DNA of 52,446 nucleotides from Micromonosporaceae bacterium (lineage in GTDB: Bacteria; Actinomycetota; Actinomycetes; Mycobacteriales; Micromonosporaceae). The notes under the pieces are model-generated. The model had not been told where the DNA came from, made no database searches, and saw only the letters and a program-made list of their open reading frames with translations. The position numbers and the translations under genes were made by a program. Location: assembly GCA_045403155.1 (NCBI GenBank), contig JAXIPB010000105.1:1-52446 (forward strand), given 5' to 3'. This document shows positions 44,911 to 52,446 of this stretch, one piece after another. Position 1 is the stretch's first letter. Every line of letters begins with the position of its first letter.

Positions 44911-46265
44911 GTCGGAGCTCCGGCCGGTTCGAGCGGCAGCCGCGCATGGACGCGGAACCCGCCCGACGCAACGGGTCCAGCCGTCAGCTCGCCGCCGAGC
45001 AGGCCGACCCGTTCGGCGATGCCGCGCAGGCCGGTGCCGTCGCCGTCGGGCGGCACCGGTCCGCCGACACCATCGTCGCTCACCTCGATCTCGAGCCGGT
45101 CGGGCTGGAAGTCCAGCCTTACCGCAGCTCGCGCTCCCGCGCCGGCGTGCTTGATGGTGTTGGTCAGTGCCTCCTGCGCGATGCGGTATGCCGACAGGTC
45201 CACGCTTGTTGGCACGGGGACTGGTTCCCCGTCGATGGCGAATGTGACCGGTGTGCCGGCGGCCCGTACGCGATCGACGAGATCGGGCAGCGACCCCACG
45301 CCCAGCGGCGGCGACAGGTTCGCGTCGTCGCCCGGATCGCGGCGAACGAGGTCGAGCAGCCTGCGCATCTCGAACAACGAATCCCGTCCGGTGATTATCA
45401 CGTTTCGCAGGGCCTCGGCGGTTCGGTCCGGATGGTGCTCCAGGGCGGCGGCGCCACCCTGCGCCTGGACCACAATCACCGACAGGCCGTGCGCAACCAC
45501 GTCGTGCAGCTCGCGGGTGATTCGCGCTCGCTCGGCAGCGGTCGCCAGCGCGACCCGTTGGCGCTGCTCGCGCTCCAGGTCCGCGGCGCGCTCCTCGACG
45601 GAGCGCAGATGCGCCCGCCGGCTGCGGACGCCGTCGCCCACGGCGACGGCGAGCCCGAGTACCAGCATGACGCCGAGTCCCTGCCCGATCGCCGCCGAGA
45701 GCAGGTCACTCGCGGTCGGAGGCGAGTTCACGTTGGTGCCCGCGCCATTCTTGGCGCGCCTTATCGCATCCGCTCCCGCGAACTCGCCGGGGTCGGCGAA
45801 GTTTCCCGGCTCCTTCAGCAAGCGCGGGTCGACGTTCGTGGACGTGCCAGGCTCGGCGGTACTCGACGCATCCACTACATGGAGCATGCTCAGCAAGCCG
45901 ACACAGACGACCGCGGCACCGAGCGCCACAGCCGCGGTGCGCCGCGACCGGCCGCCACTCGCCAACGTATACAGAGTCAGCGGCGCGGCGAGGTCGAGTA
46001 GTTCGAGTTCCACCTTGGCGTCGAGGTGATGCAATGTGGCGCCGACGCCGGCCAGCACGAACGCGGCGAGTGGCCACCGTCGCCGGATCAGCAGCCCGGC
46101 GACCATCGGCGCCGCGAAGACCCACCACCACACCTTCGGCGCGCTGAACGTGTACTGCTGGAGCGTCGCGACGACCAGGCCCAACGCGAGGGCGACGTCG
46201 AACAGCACCCAGCGATGGGAGACGAGCGAGCGGGCCAGGTCCGCGGGGCGCGACACGCTCACCAT
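44907..46265 (-). CDS. intramembrane-sensing histidine kinase (HisKA_3/NarX-LiaS type)
   Basis: Start set to the ATG giving MVSVSRPADL. Four to five N-terminal TM helices without a large extracytoplasmic domain, an H-box (ITRELHDVVAHGLSVIVVQA) and HATPase_c motifs. Overlaps the response-regulator start by 4 nt. Confidence 0.85.
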   Translation of the reverse strand: MVSVSRPADLARSLVSHRWVLFDVALALGLVVATLQQYTFSAPKVWWWVFAAPMVAGLLIRRRWPLAAFVLAGVGATLHHLDAKVELELLDLAAPLTLYTLASGGRSRRTAAVALGAAVVCVGLLSMLHVVDASSTAEPGTSTNVDPRLLKEPGNFADPGEFAGADAIRRAKNGAGTNVNSPPTASDLLSAAIGQGLGVMLVLGLAVAVGDGVRSRRAHLRSVEERAADLEREQRQRVALATAAERARITRELHDVVAHGLSVIVVQAQGGAAALEHHPDRTAEALRNVIITGRDSLFEMRRLLDLVRRDPGDDANLSPPLGVGSLPDLVDRVRAAGTPVTFAIDGEPVPVPTSVDLSAYRIAQEALTNTIKHAGAGARAAVRLDFQPDRLEIEVSDDGVGGPVPPDGDGTGLRGIAERVGLLGGELTAGPVASGGFRVHARLPLEPAGAPT

Positions 46266-46391
46266 CGTAGGCGGCGGGTGACCTCGGGGCGTCGGACCCA
46301 GGTCGCACCTCGGGTCTGACCGTGGTCGTAGTGCCGCGCCAGAGATGCGACTGCGCTCAGACGACGCGCCCGCCTGGATGGGCCACAGTGA

Positions 46392-46961
46392 GTGGCCATG
46401 AGGACCTTCGTACGATGCGCCGCCGCCGTCGCGGTCATCATGCTCACCGCCTGCGGCCCGGGCGGCCCGGGCGGATCGGCCGGCCCGTCCCCGAGCAGTC
46501 AGTCCAACGCCGAAGTCCTTGCCCTCGGTAAGGAGGTCGCGCAGTGCTTCCGCGACAACGGCATACCCGAGTTCCCCGATCCGATTGTTGACGAGAACGG
46601 CGTGCTCCAGTTGCCGGACAACATGGAGGCGCAGATCGAGAGCCGCTACCCCCAATCGGCGATGGAACACGCGCAGCAGGCCTGCCAGTCCCTCTTCGAC
46701 CGGCTGCCGGAGTCGGCGATCGGCGGCGGCGAGGACCAGGGTGGCGACCGACAGGTGCCGGGTCCCGGCGACGTCGAGGCCCTCCGCAAATGGGCCGCGT
46801 GCGTGCGGCAGAACGGGATCCCGGACTGGCCAGACCCGAAGGCCGACGGGTCGTTCCCGCTCCGTGGTACGCCGTTGGAGGCCGAGGGCAAGTCTGACCG
46901 ACTGATCAGGGCTGCCGAAGCGTGTCAGCAGCACTGGAGCGGCGGGATCACCATGTCATGA
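46392..46961 (+). CDS. secreted lipoprotein with internally duplicated Cys-containing domain
   Basis: Signal peptide plus lipobox (VIMLTACG). Two repeats of about 60 aa, each with a C...NGIP(E/D)(F/W)PDP...C pattern. Its stop overlaps the MFP start (ATGA). Confidence 0.6.
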   Translation: MAMRTFVRCAAAVAVIMLTACGPGGPGGSAGPSPSSQSNAEVLALGKEVAQCFRDNGIPEFPDPIVDENGVLQLPDNMEAQIESRYPQSAMEHAQQACQSLFDRLPESAIGGGEDQGGDRQVPGPGDVEALRKWAACVRQNGIPDWPDPKADGSFPLRGTPLEAEGKSDRLIRAAEACQQHWSGGITMS

Positions 46962-48076
46962 CCGACAGCATCTCGGTGGGTCGCCCCCGCCGCCTGCGCC
47001 GGACGGTCGCGAGCATGGTCTCCGCGACCCTGGTTGCGGGGGCGGCGCTTGCATTCTGGTTCGCCGTCACCAACAAGCCGCGTGCGGCGAGCTCCGCCGA
47101 ACCGGTGCCGACCGCGACCACGACCGTCACCCGGGGGACGGTGACCCAGTGGATCCGGATTCCGGGCACGTATGGCTTTGATGGGGCGTTCACGGTCGTG
47201 CACCAGGCCCAGCCGGGAATCCTGACCCGAGCCGCTGAGCCCGGCGCTATTGTTCAGCGGGGCGGGGTTCTCTACGCGGTCGACAACAAGGCGGTGCGGC
47301 TGCTGTATGGCTCGCTTCCGGCCTACCGTGACCTCGCACTGGGGATGACCGACGGTCCGGACGTGCGTCAGCTGGAGCAGAACCTCGTAGCCCTGGGGCT
47401 GGCCGCGGGCAAGCAGATCACTGTGGACAATCGATTCACCGCGGCGACGAGCTCGGCAATTCGACGTTGGCAGGCCGCCTGGGGGCTGCCAACCGCCCGC
47501 CGTACCGGTGGGCTGCCGCTGGGCGAGGTGGTGTTCCTGCCGACCGCACTGCGCATCAGCCAGGTAACGGGGGCGGTCGGCAGGGCGATCGGGCGGAACG
47601 AGCCGGTGTTGGCCGCGTCCTCGACGGCTCGGGTCGTCACCGCGCAGGTCAGTGCGGACCGGCAGGCCTTCGTCGAAGTCGGCGACGTCGTGATGGTGTC
47701 TCTGCCATCGACGGCGCCGATCCCAGGCAAGATCCTCCGGACGGGCCGGGTGGCCAACGTCGTTGAGCCGGACGATCCGGGGCGCCCACCGGGCCCGGCG
47801 ACGATCACCATCATCGTCGGGATCACTGTGCCCGCCGGCACCCCGGACCTCGATCAGGCGCCGGTACTGGTGGCCATCGCCGCGAGCGTCCGCGAGAACG
47901 TCCTGCTGGTGCCGGTCTCCGCTCTGCTCGCCCGCCCGGGCGGCGGGTACCAGGTACAGCTCGCCGCCGGCGGTTATGTCGAGGTGCGCCCCGGACTCTT
48001 CGATGAGACCACGGGCAAGGTCGAGGTCTCCGGCGCGCTGACAGTGGACGATCAGGTCAAGGTGCCGGTGTCATGA
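46958..48076 (+). CDS. periplasmic adaptor (membrane-fusion/HlyD-like) protein with peptidoglycan-binding domain
   Basis: N-terminal TM anchor, beta-barrel/lipoyl-like segments, and a PG_binding_1-like insert ([13 protein letters not shown]...[12 protein letters not shown]). Confidence 0.7.
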   Translation: MTDSISVGRPRRLRRTVASMVSATLVAGAALAFWFAVTNKPRAASSAEPVPTATTTVTRGTVTQWIRIPGTYGFDGAFTVVHQAQPGILTRAAEPGAIVQRGGVLYAVDNKAVRLLYGSLPAYRDLALGMTDGPDVRQLEQNLVALGLAAGKQITVDNRFTAATSSAIRRWQAAWGLPTARRTGGLPLGEVVFLPTALRISQVTGAVGRAIGRNEPVLAASSTARVVTAQVSADRQAFVEVGDVVMVSLPSTAPIPGKILRTGRVANVVEPDDPGRPPGPATITIIVGITVPAGTPDLDQAPVLVAIAASVRENVLLVPVSALLARPGGGYQVQLAAGGYVEVRPGLFDETTGKVEVSGALTVDDQVKVPVS

Positions 48077-48762
48077 CGCCGGTGCTGGAGCTCGACGACG
48101 TGCGCAAGTCATACCCTGGCAGTCCGCCGGTTGAGTCGATTCGCGGCATCACCTTGACCATCCACAGTGGAGAGTTGGTGGCCGTGGTCGGCCCATCGGG
48201 TTCGGGCAAGACGACCCTGCTCAACCTGGCGGCAGGCCTCGATCGGCCAACGTCGGGGTCGGTTCGCATCGCCGGCCAGGCGATCGAGCGGCTGCCCGAC
48301 CGCCGCCTCGCCGGACTCCGGGCGTACCGGCTCGGCGTGGTGTTCCAGCAGTTCATCCTGCTCGATCACTACACCGCGCGGGATAACGTGGCGGCTGGCC
48401 TGCTTTACCGTGGGGTGCCGGCGAGCGCGCGCCGCCGGGCCGCCGACGACACGCTGGCAAGGGTCGGCCTTACCCACCGGGCGGACCACGAGGCCCGCAA
48501 GCTCTCCGGCGGCGAGCGGCAACGGGTCGCGATCGCCCGGGCGCTGGTCGGCCGGCCGGCGGTGGTCTTCGCCGACGAACCGACCGGCAACCTCGACTCT
48601 GCTACCGGGTCGGAGATCCTGGCGCTGCTGAGCGAGCTGAACGTCGACGGCACGACGCTCGTCGTGATCACGCACGACCCTCAGGTGGCGGCGGCCATGC
48701 GCCGGCGCATCGAACTGCGCGACGGCTACGTCGTTGGCGATAACGTCATGAGTCAGCCATGA
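48073..48762 (+). CDS. ABC transporter ATP-binding protein (MacB/LolD/FtsE-like)
   Basis: Walker [10 protein letters not shown], signature LSGGERQR, Walker [13 protein letters not shown]. Confidence 0.9.
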   Translation: MTPVLELDDVRKSYPGSPPVESIRGITLTIHSGELVAVVGPSGSGKTTLLNLAAGLDRPTSGSVRIAGQAIERLPDRRLAGLRAYRLGVVFQQFILLDHYTARDNVAAGLLYRGVPASARRRAADDTLARVGLTHRADHEARKLSGGERQRVAIARALVGRPAVVFADEPTGNLDSATGSEILALLSELNVDGTTLVVITHDPQVAAAMRRRIELRDGYVVGDNVMSQP

Positions 48763-49952
48763 CTCCGTCGTCGCGGCTGCGACTCGCGGACCTCATCCCG
48801 GTGGCGACGATAGGCCTGCGGACCCGGCCCGGCCGGGCCGCATTGTCCGTGTTGGGCGTGGCGATCGGCATCGCCGCTGTCGTTGCCGTCCTCGGCATCA
48901 CCCGCTCCAGCCAGGCTTATGTGCTGGCCCGCATCGACCTGCTGGGCACCAACCTGCTCACCGTGGTGAACGGTCGGACCGTGGGCGGCGACGAGGCGCA
49001 GCTCCCCGCCACGGCGACGACATCCATCGCCCGCACCGAGGGAGTACTGTCCACCGCACCAACGGCCGAGCTGGCCGGAGTAGCACTGTTTCGGACGGAT
49101 CGGGTGCCGGCCTACGAAACCGGCGGCCTAGCGGTACGCGCGTGCGACATGACCCTGTTGTCCACACTGGATGCGCGGCTCGCGCACGGTACGTTCCTCA
49201 ACGAGGCAACCGCGCAGTACCCGGCAGTCGTCCTCGGATACGAGGCCGCGCGCGGACTCGGCATTGCCGACCTGTCGGGCGACCCCCGAATCTGGTTGGG
49301 CGGCAGGTGGTACGCCGTGATCGGCATCCTGCGCCCGATCGAGCTCGCCCCGGAGGTAGACCGGTCCGCGCTCATCGGGTTCTCGGTCGCGGCGCAGGAA
49401 TTCGGCTACGACGGCCACCCCAGCCGAATCTACGTCCGGGCGGAGACGAACCAGACCGCCACCGTGGCGACAATGCTGGCCCGCGCGACCAACCCGCAGT
49501 TCCCGGGCCAGGTCAAGGTGAGCCGGCCCTCCGATGCGCTCTCCGCCCAGCTGGCGGTGGCCGATGCGACCACGTCGCTATTCCTCGGCCTCGGCGCGGT
49601 AGCGCTGCTCGTCGGCGGGATCGGAATCGCGAATGTGATGGTGATCTCGGTGCTGGAACGGCGCACGGAGATCGGCCTGCGCCGCGCGCTGGGCGCCGGA
49701 CGGCGCCACATCGCCGCGCAGTTCCTGGCGGAGTCGCTGCTGCTGGGTGCGGCGGGCGGAGCGCTCGGCGTGCTCTTCGGCACCGTCGTGACACTCGTTC
49801 TGGCGTACCAGCGCGGCTGGCAGGCCCTCATCCCGCCGGTCGCGGTCGCGGCCGGGCTGAGCGCGGCGCTGGCGATTGGCGCGGTCGCCGGGTTGTATCC
49901 GGCACTGCGCGCGGCCCGGCTCGCGCCGACCGAGGCGCTGCGCACGGCCTGA
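48759..49952 (+). CDS. ABC transporter permease (FtsX/MacB-type, 4 TM with large periplasmic domain)
   Basis: MacB_PCD-like periplasmic domain between TM1 and TM2. C-terminal FtsX domain ([25 protein letters not shown]). Confidence 0.85.
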   Translation: MTPSSRLRLADLIPVATIGLRTRPGRAALSVLGVAIGIAAVVAVLGITRSSQAYVLARIDLLGTNLLTVVNGRTVGGDEAQLPATATTSIARTEGVLSTAPTAELAGVALFRTDRVPAYETGGLAVRACDMTLLSTLDARLAHGTFLNEATAQYPAVVLGYEAARGLGIADLSGDPRIWLGGRWYAVIGILRPIELAPEVDRSALIGFSVAAQEFGYDGHPSRIYVRAETNQTATVATMLARATNPQFPGQVKVSRPSDALSAQLAVADATTSLFLGLGAVALLVGGIGIANVMVISVLERRTEIGLRRALGAGRRHIAAQFLAESLLLGAAGGALGVLFGTVVTLVLAYQRGWQALIPPVAVAAGLSAALAIGAVAGLYPALRAARLAPTEALRTA

Positions 49953-50040
49953 CACCATCGTCGCCGCTTGATCGACGCGGGACGCATCGTCTGTCAACCC
50001 AGCCATCGTCGACTTCGCCAACACGGTGACTGCGCGCTCG

Positions 50041-51078
50041 TCACACGTCCTGATAGCGCCGGATCCCGTCGACCTCCGTGGCCTTGAGGCGGCCCTGCGC
50101 AACGAGGAGGTCGAGGTGGGCGGCGGTCTCCGTCACGGCGAGCATCTGGTTGAACGGGTCCAGGTCGGCGAATGACCTCGCTCGCCGCGTCCAGGTAAGG
50201 CGTTGCGCGATCTCGTACGCTGTGGGTGCGTCGACCTGAACGGCGTCGAGTGCGCGGTCAAGCCGGTCCGCGTGATGCTCGAACAACTCATCGACGCGCG
50301 CGTGCACACTCGGCTGCACCGGCCCGTGGGCCGGCAACAGGCGCCGGTCGGGCATGTTACGGACGAGGCGGAGCGAACCGAGAAAGTCTGCCAGTGGCTG
50401 CTCCACGGGCACCGCCTCGAACCCAATGGACGGCGTTATGTGCGGCAGGACATGGTCGCCGGCGAAGAGCAGGCTGGCCGCACTATCGACGAAGACGACG
50501 TGGCCGTGGGTGTGGCCGGGCGTCGCGACGACGGTCAGGATCCTGGTGGGGAGGTTCAGCTCCGATCCGTTCGTGAGCCACACGTCTGGGGCCGCCCAGT
50601 CGGCCGGGTCGTGGTGGGCGGCGTCGGCTACCGCGCGCAACCATTCCACGAGGGTGCCCGCGCCGCAGCGCGCCAGGAGGTCGGCGTGCGCGGACAGCGG
50701 CTTGTGCACCGGGTCCGAGAGGACCTCGATGGCCGCCCGCTCGCCCTCGCCGAGGCTGACCGAGTTGCCGAACTCCCGCCGAATGGCGACCGAGAGACCG
50801 TAGTGGTCTCGGTGCACATGGGTGACCAGGAACCTGCGCACGTCGGACATGCGCCGGCCGAGCGACGCGAGGGCCTTGTCCAGAGCCTCGCGAGCCGCGT
50901 CGATGGCCCAGCCCGAGTCGATCAGAACGAGGCCGTCGTCGTCGGCAATGGCGTATACATTGACCGCTCGTAGACCGTCATAGGGCAGCGGGAGAGGGAT
51001 GCGGAAGACCCCGGCCGCCACCTCGTAGACGCCCGCGTCCGTCCAGTTCCTGTCAGCATCATCGACCTCGATGCGCAT
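50041..51078 (-). CDS. MBL-fold metallo-hydrolase
   Basis: HxHxDH motif (VTHVHRDHYG) plus the downstream His/Asp ligands (TPGHTHGHVVFV; AGDHVLP). Confidence 0.8.
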   Translation of the reverse strand: MRIEVDDADRNWTDAGVYEVAAGVFRIPLPLPYDGLRAVNVYAIADDDGLVLIDSGWAIDAAREALDKALASLGRRMSDVRRFLVTHVHRDHYGLSVAIRREFGNSVSLGEGERAAIEVLSDPVHKPLSAHADLLARCGAGTLVEWLRAVADAAHHDPADWAAPDVWLTNGSELNLPTRILTVVATPGHTHGHVVFVDSAASLLFAGDHVLPHITPSIGFEAVPVEQPLADFLGSLRLVRNMPDRRLLPAHGPVQPSVHARVDELFEHHADRLDRALDAVQVDAPTAYEIAQRLTWTRRARSFADLDPFNQMLAVTETAAHLDLLVAQGRLKATEVDGIRRYQDV

Positions 51079-51257
51079 TCAGCGTCGCCCCTTCGTTGCT
51101 ACGGTGCGACGCACGTGATCACCGGCGCCGCTCAGTCAGGGTAGTACAGCGGCAAGATCCCTGTCTTGGTGGCGAATGTGCGGCGTCGCGCAACATTCAG
51201 CACCAAAATGGCAATCTTGAAGAGACGGCGGCTTCGCTATCAAGAACTGGTCCCCAA

Positions 51258-51554
51258 CTAAGCGGAGTCGGCTCGGGCGATCGACAGTTCGACCTCGTCG
51301 CCCACGTCGGCGCCGGCGGCCTTGAGCGCGGCTCTGCTTACGCCGACGCACAGGCCGCCGCCGGCGACGAGCATCGTGCTCGCAGTCAGCGGCGCCCTAT
51401 TGAGGGTGCCGGTCACGCGCATCTGCTTGCGCCCGCCCAGTTCGCCGACCAGGTTGTCGGGAACGTCAACGACAGCCAGGCCACCCGGCTTGTCGTCGCG
51501 CCACTGCCGGACCCGTCCTCGGAAACTCACTGGCATCGCCGGCCCCCTGCTCAT
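51258..51554 (-). CDS. DUF1905 domain protein
   Basis: 98 aa with the DUF1905 pattern (FRGRV...GGLAVVDVPDNLVGELGGRKQMRVTGTLN). Confidence 0.65.
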   Translation of the reverse strand: MSRGPAMPVSFRGRVRQWRDDKPGGLAVVDVPDNLVGELGGRKQMRVTGTLNRAPLTASTMLVAGGGLCVGVSRAALKAAGADVGDEVELSIARADSA

Positions 51555-51798
51555 GGCTGGGCTCGTCCTGGCTGGTCCACGTCAGCCTAGACAATCGCCG
51601 GTCCCCTTTCGGGCCGGCGGGCGACGTGTGTGCGCCCATCGCTGTCACGCGGCCGCCATGACGGCAATACGCGGCCCCCGCGTCGCGCCGAGGGGCGGCT
51701 GCCCGGGATCGCAAAGATCGCCATATCGCGATCTACCGTTTGACAGCCGAGGAAGGGGCGAAGAAGTCACGGTCTCTACTTCCGGACTGGCGCCCGGC

Positions 51799-52365
51799 GT
51801 GTACCACGCGGAGCTGTTCATCCGTACCAACAGCGGACGTGAGCCGCTGCTCCGCGTCCCGGTGAGCCTGGTTGTGCCGGCGTACGTAACGGCGGCGAAC
51901 GTTGGCGGCGTTGCCTACACGGACACGGTGGGTGATCTCTGGTCGCCCGACCAGGCGTACACCACCGGGAGTTGGGGCTTCATCGGCCCACAGTCGCGGA
52001 TCGACACCACGAGCCACGCCATCGCGGGCACGCCGGATCAGGTTCTTTACCTGGACCAGCGCGAGCGGATACTCGAGTACCGGTTCGACGGTCTGCCTTC
52101 TGGCGTGTACGAGATCGATCTGCGTTTCGCCGAGTTCAAATACAAGGTGTCCGGCAAGCGCCAGTTCGATGTGGTCGCGGAGAACACCACCCTGGTGCTG
52201 GGCCATGACATCGTGTTGACGGTCGGGGATCGGTACCGCGCCGACGACATGGTCCTCTACGTCCTGGTGACGGATGGTCAACTCAATCTCCGCTTCGTTG
52301 AGCGGAAAGGATTCGACGAGCCGGTCGTGAACGCCATTCGGATCAGGGAGAGACCCGACCGTTAG
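51799..52365 (+). CDS. malectin-domain ORF, probably the 5'-truncated remnant of a larger glycan-binding or hydrolase protein
   Basis: Malectin signature (AANVGGVAYTDTVGDLWSPDQAYTTGSWGFIGPQS...FDVVAENTTLV...NAIRI). Upstream in frame, coding-like composition begins only about 51766 and resembles the last strands of a preceding Ig/Fn3-like domain (GVYHAELFIRTNSGREPLLRVPVSLVV). Further upstream is the antisense DUF1905 gene, so the start is provisional (GTG 51799). Confidence 0.4.
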   Translation: MYHAELFIRTNSGREPLLRVPVSLVVPAYVTAANVGGVAYTDTVGDLWSPDQAYTTGSWGFIGPQSRIDTTSHAIAGTPDQVLYLDQRERILEYRFDGLPSGVYEIDLRFAEFKYKVSGKRQFDVVAENTTLVLGHDIVLTVGDRYRADDMVLYVLVTDGQLNLRFVERKGFDEPVVNAIRIRERPDR

Positions 52366-52446
52366 CCGACCCTTTAATGACGGGGGAGGGGGGGGCCGCG
52401 TTGGGCGGGGGGCCCCCCCACCAAAAAACCGGGCGGCGCCCCCCAG

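Noticed and set aside
52376-52446. Terminal G/C-run region as a canonical intrinsic terminator
   Set aside because: The hairpin is followed by an A-tract on the plus strand and preceded by a T-tract on the minus strand. Neither orientation gives the hairpin-then-U-tract order.

Overview
High-GC (about 70%) actinobacterial-type chromosomal segment, densely coded on both strands with many 4-bp start/stop overlaps. Reading left to right:

- **Zur-controlled zinc module, minus strand:** znuA-znuC-znuB-smtB/arsR-zur, with a Fur-family 7-1-7 box on the znuA promoter.
- **PrsW to DUF1801:** PrsW-family membrane protease, a divergent GroES paralog, an AI-2E transporter and a DinG/XPD-like helicase carrying a 16-bp perfect inverted repeat in its 5' region, then a DUF1801 protein.
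- **DUF3754 and DUF402:** a DUF3754 membrane protein and a DUF402 protein.
- **Phosphate-themed module:** a PPK2 polyphosphate kinase, a PHO-box-like direct repeat, then DUF47/PhoU-like plus PitA.
- **Metabolic block:** Gfo/Idh/MocA oxidoreductase, thiolase, NUDIX hydrolase, a DUF4230 protein with a convergent small PspC-domain protein, and L-serine dehydratase.
- **Omega-amino acid/polyamine catabolism and uptake:** orphan MalK-like ATPase, hotdog thioesterase, mmsA, a class-III aminotransferase, an aminoaldehyde dehydrogenase, potADBC and an FAD oxidoreductase.
- **Damaged ABC exporter:** an MsbA-like exporter with an internal frameshift, whose 3' end lies inside a roughly 90-bp MITE-like palindromic element. 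Two further partial copies of this element occur in the window.
- **Glycogen debranching enzyme:** GDE-like, amylo-alpha-1,6-glucosidase family.
- **Flotillin locus:** a YbjN-like gene and an HTH regulator divergent from a flotillin/SPFH gene, with a perfect 12-bp palindrome between them.
- **Envelope operon:** intramembrane-sensing NarL-type two-component system, ICMT/PEMT-like methyltransferase and MMPL transporter in one minus-strand operon.
- **Divergent tripartite ABC efflux operon:** lipoprotein, PG-binding membrane-fusion protein, MacB ATPase and FtsX permease.
- **Right end:** MBL-fold hydrolase, a DUF1905 protein and a 5'-truncated malectin-domain ORF.

No rRNA, tRNA, CRISPR array or intact transposase was found. 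The most unusual signals are the MITE-like repeat family, the frameshifted exporter, the regulator/flotillin palindrome and the TCS-methyltransferase-MMPL operon facing the MacAB-like operon.
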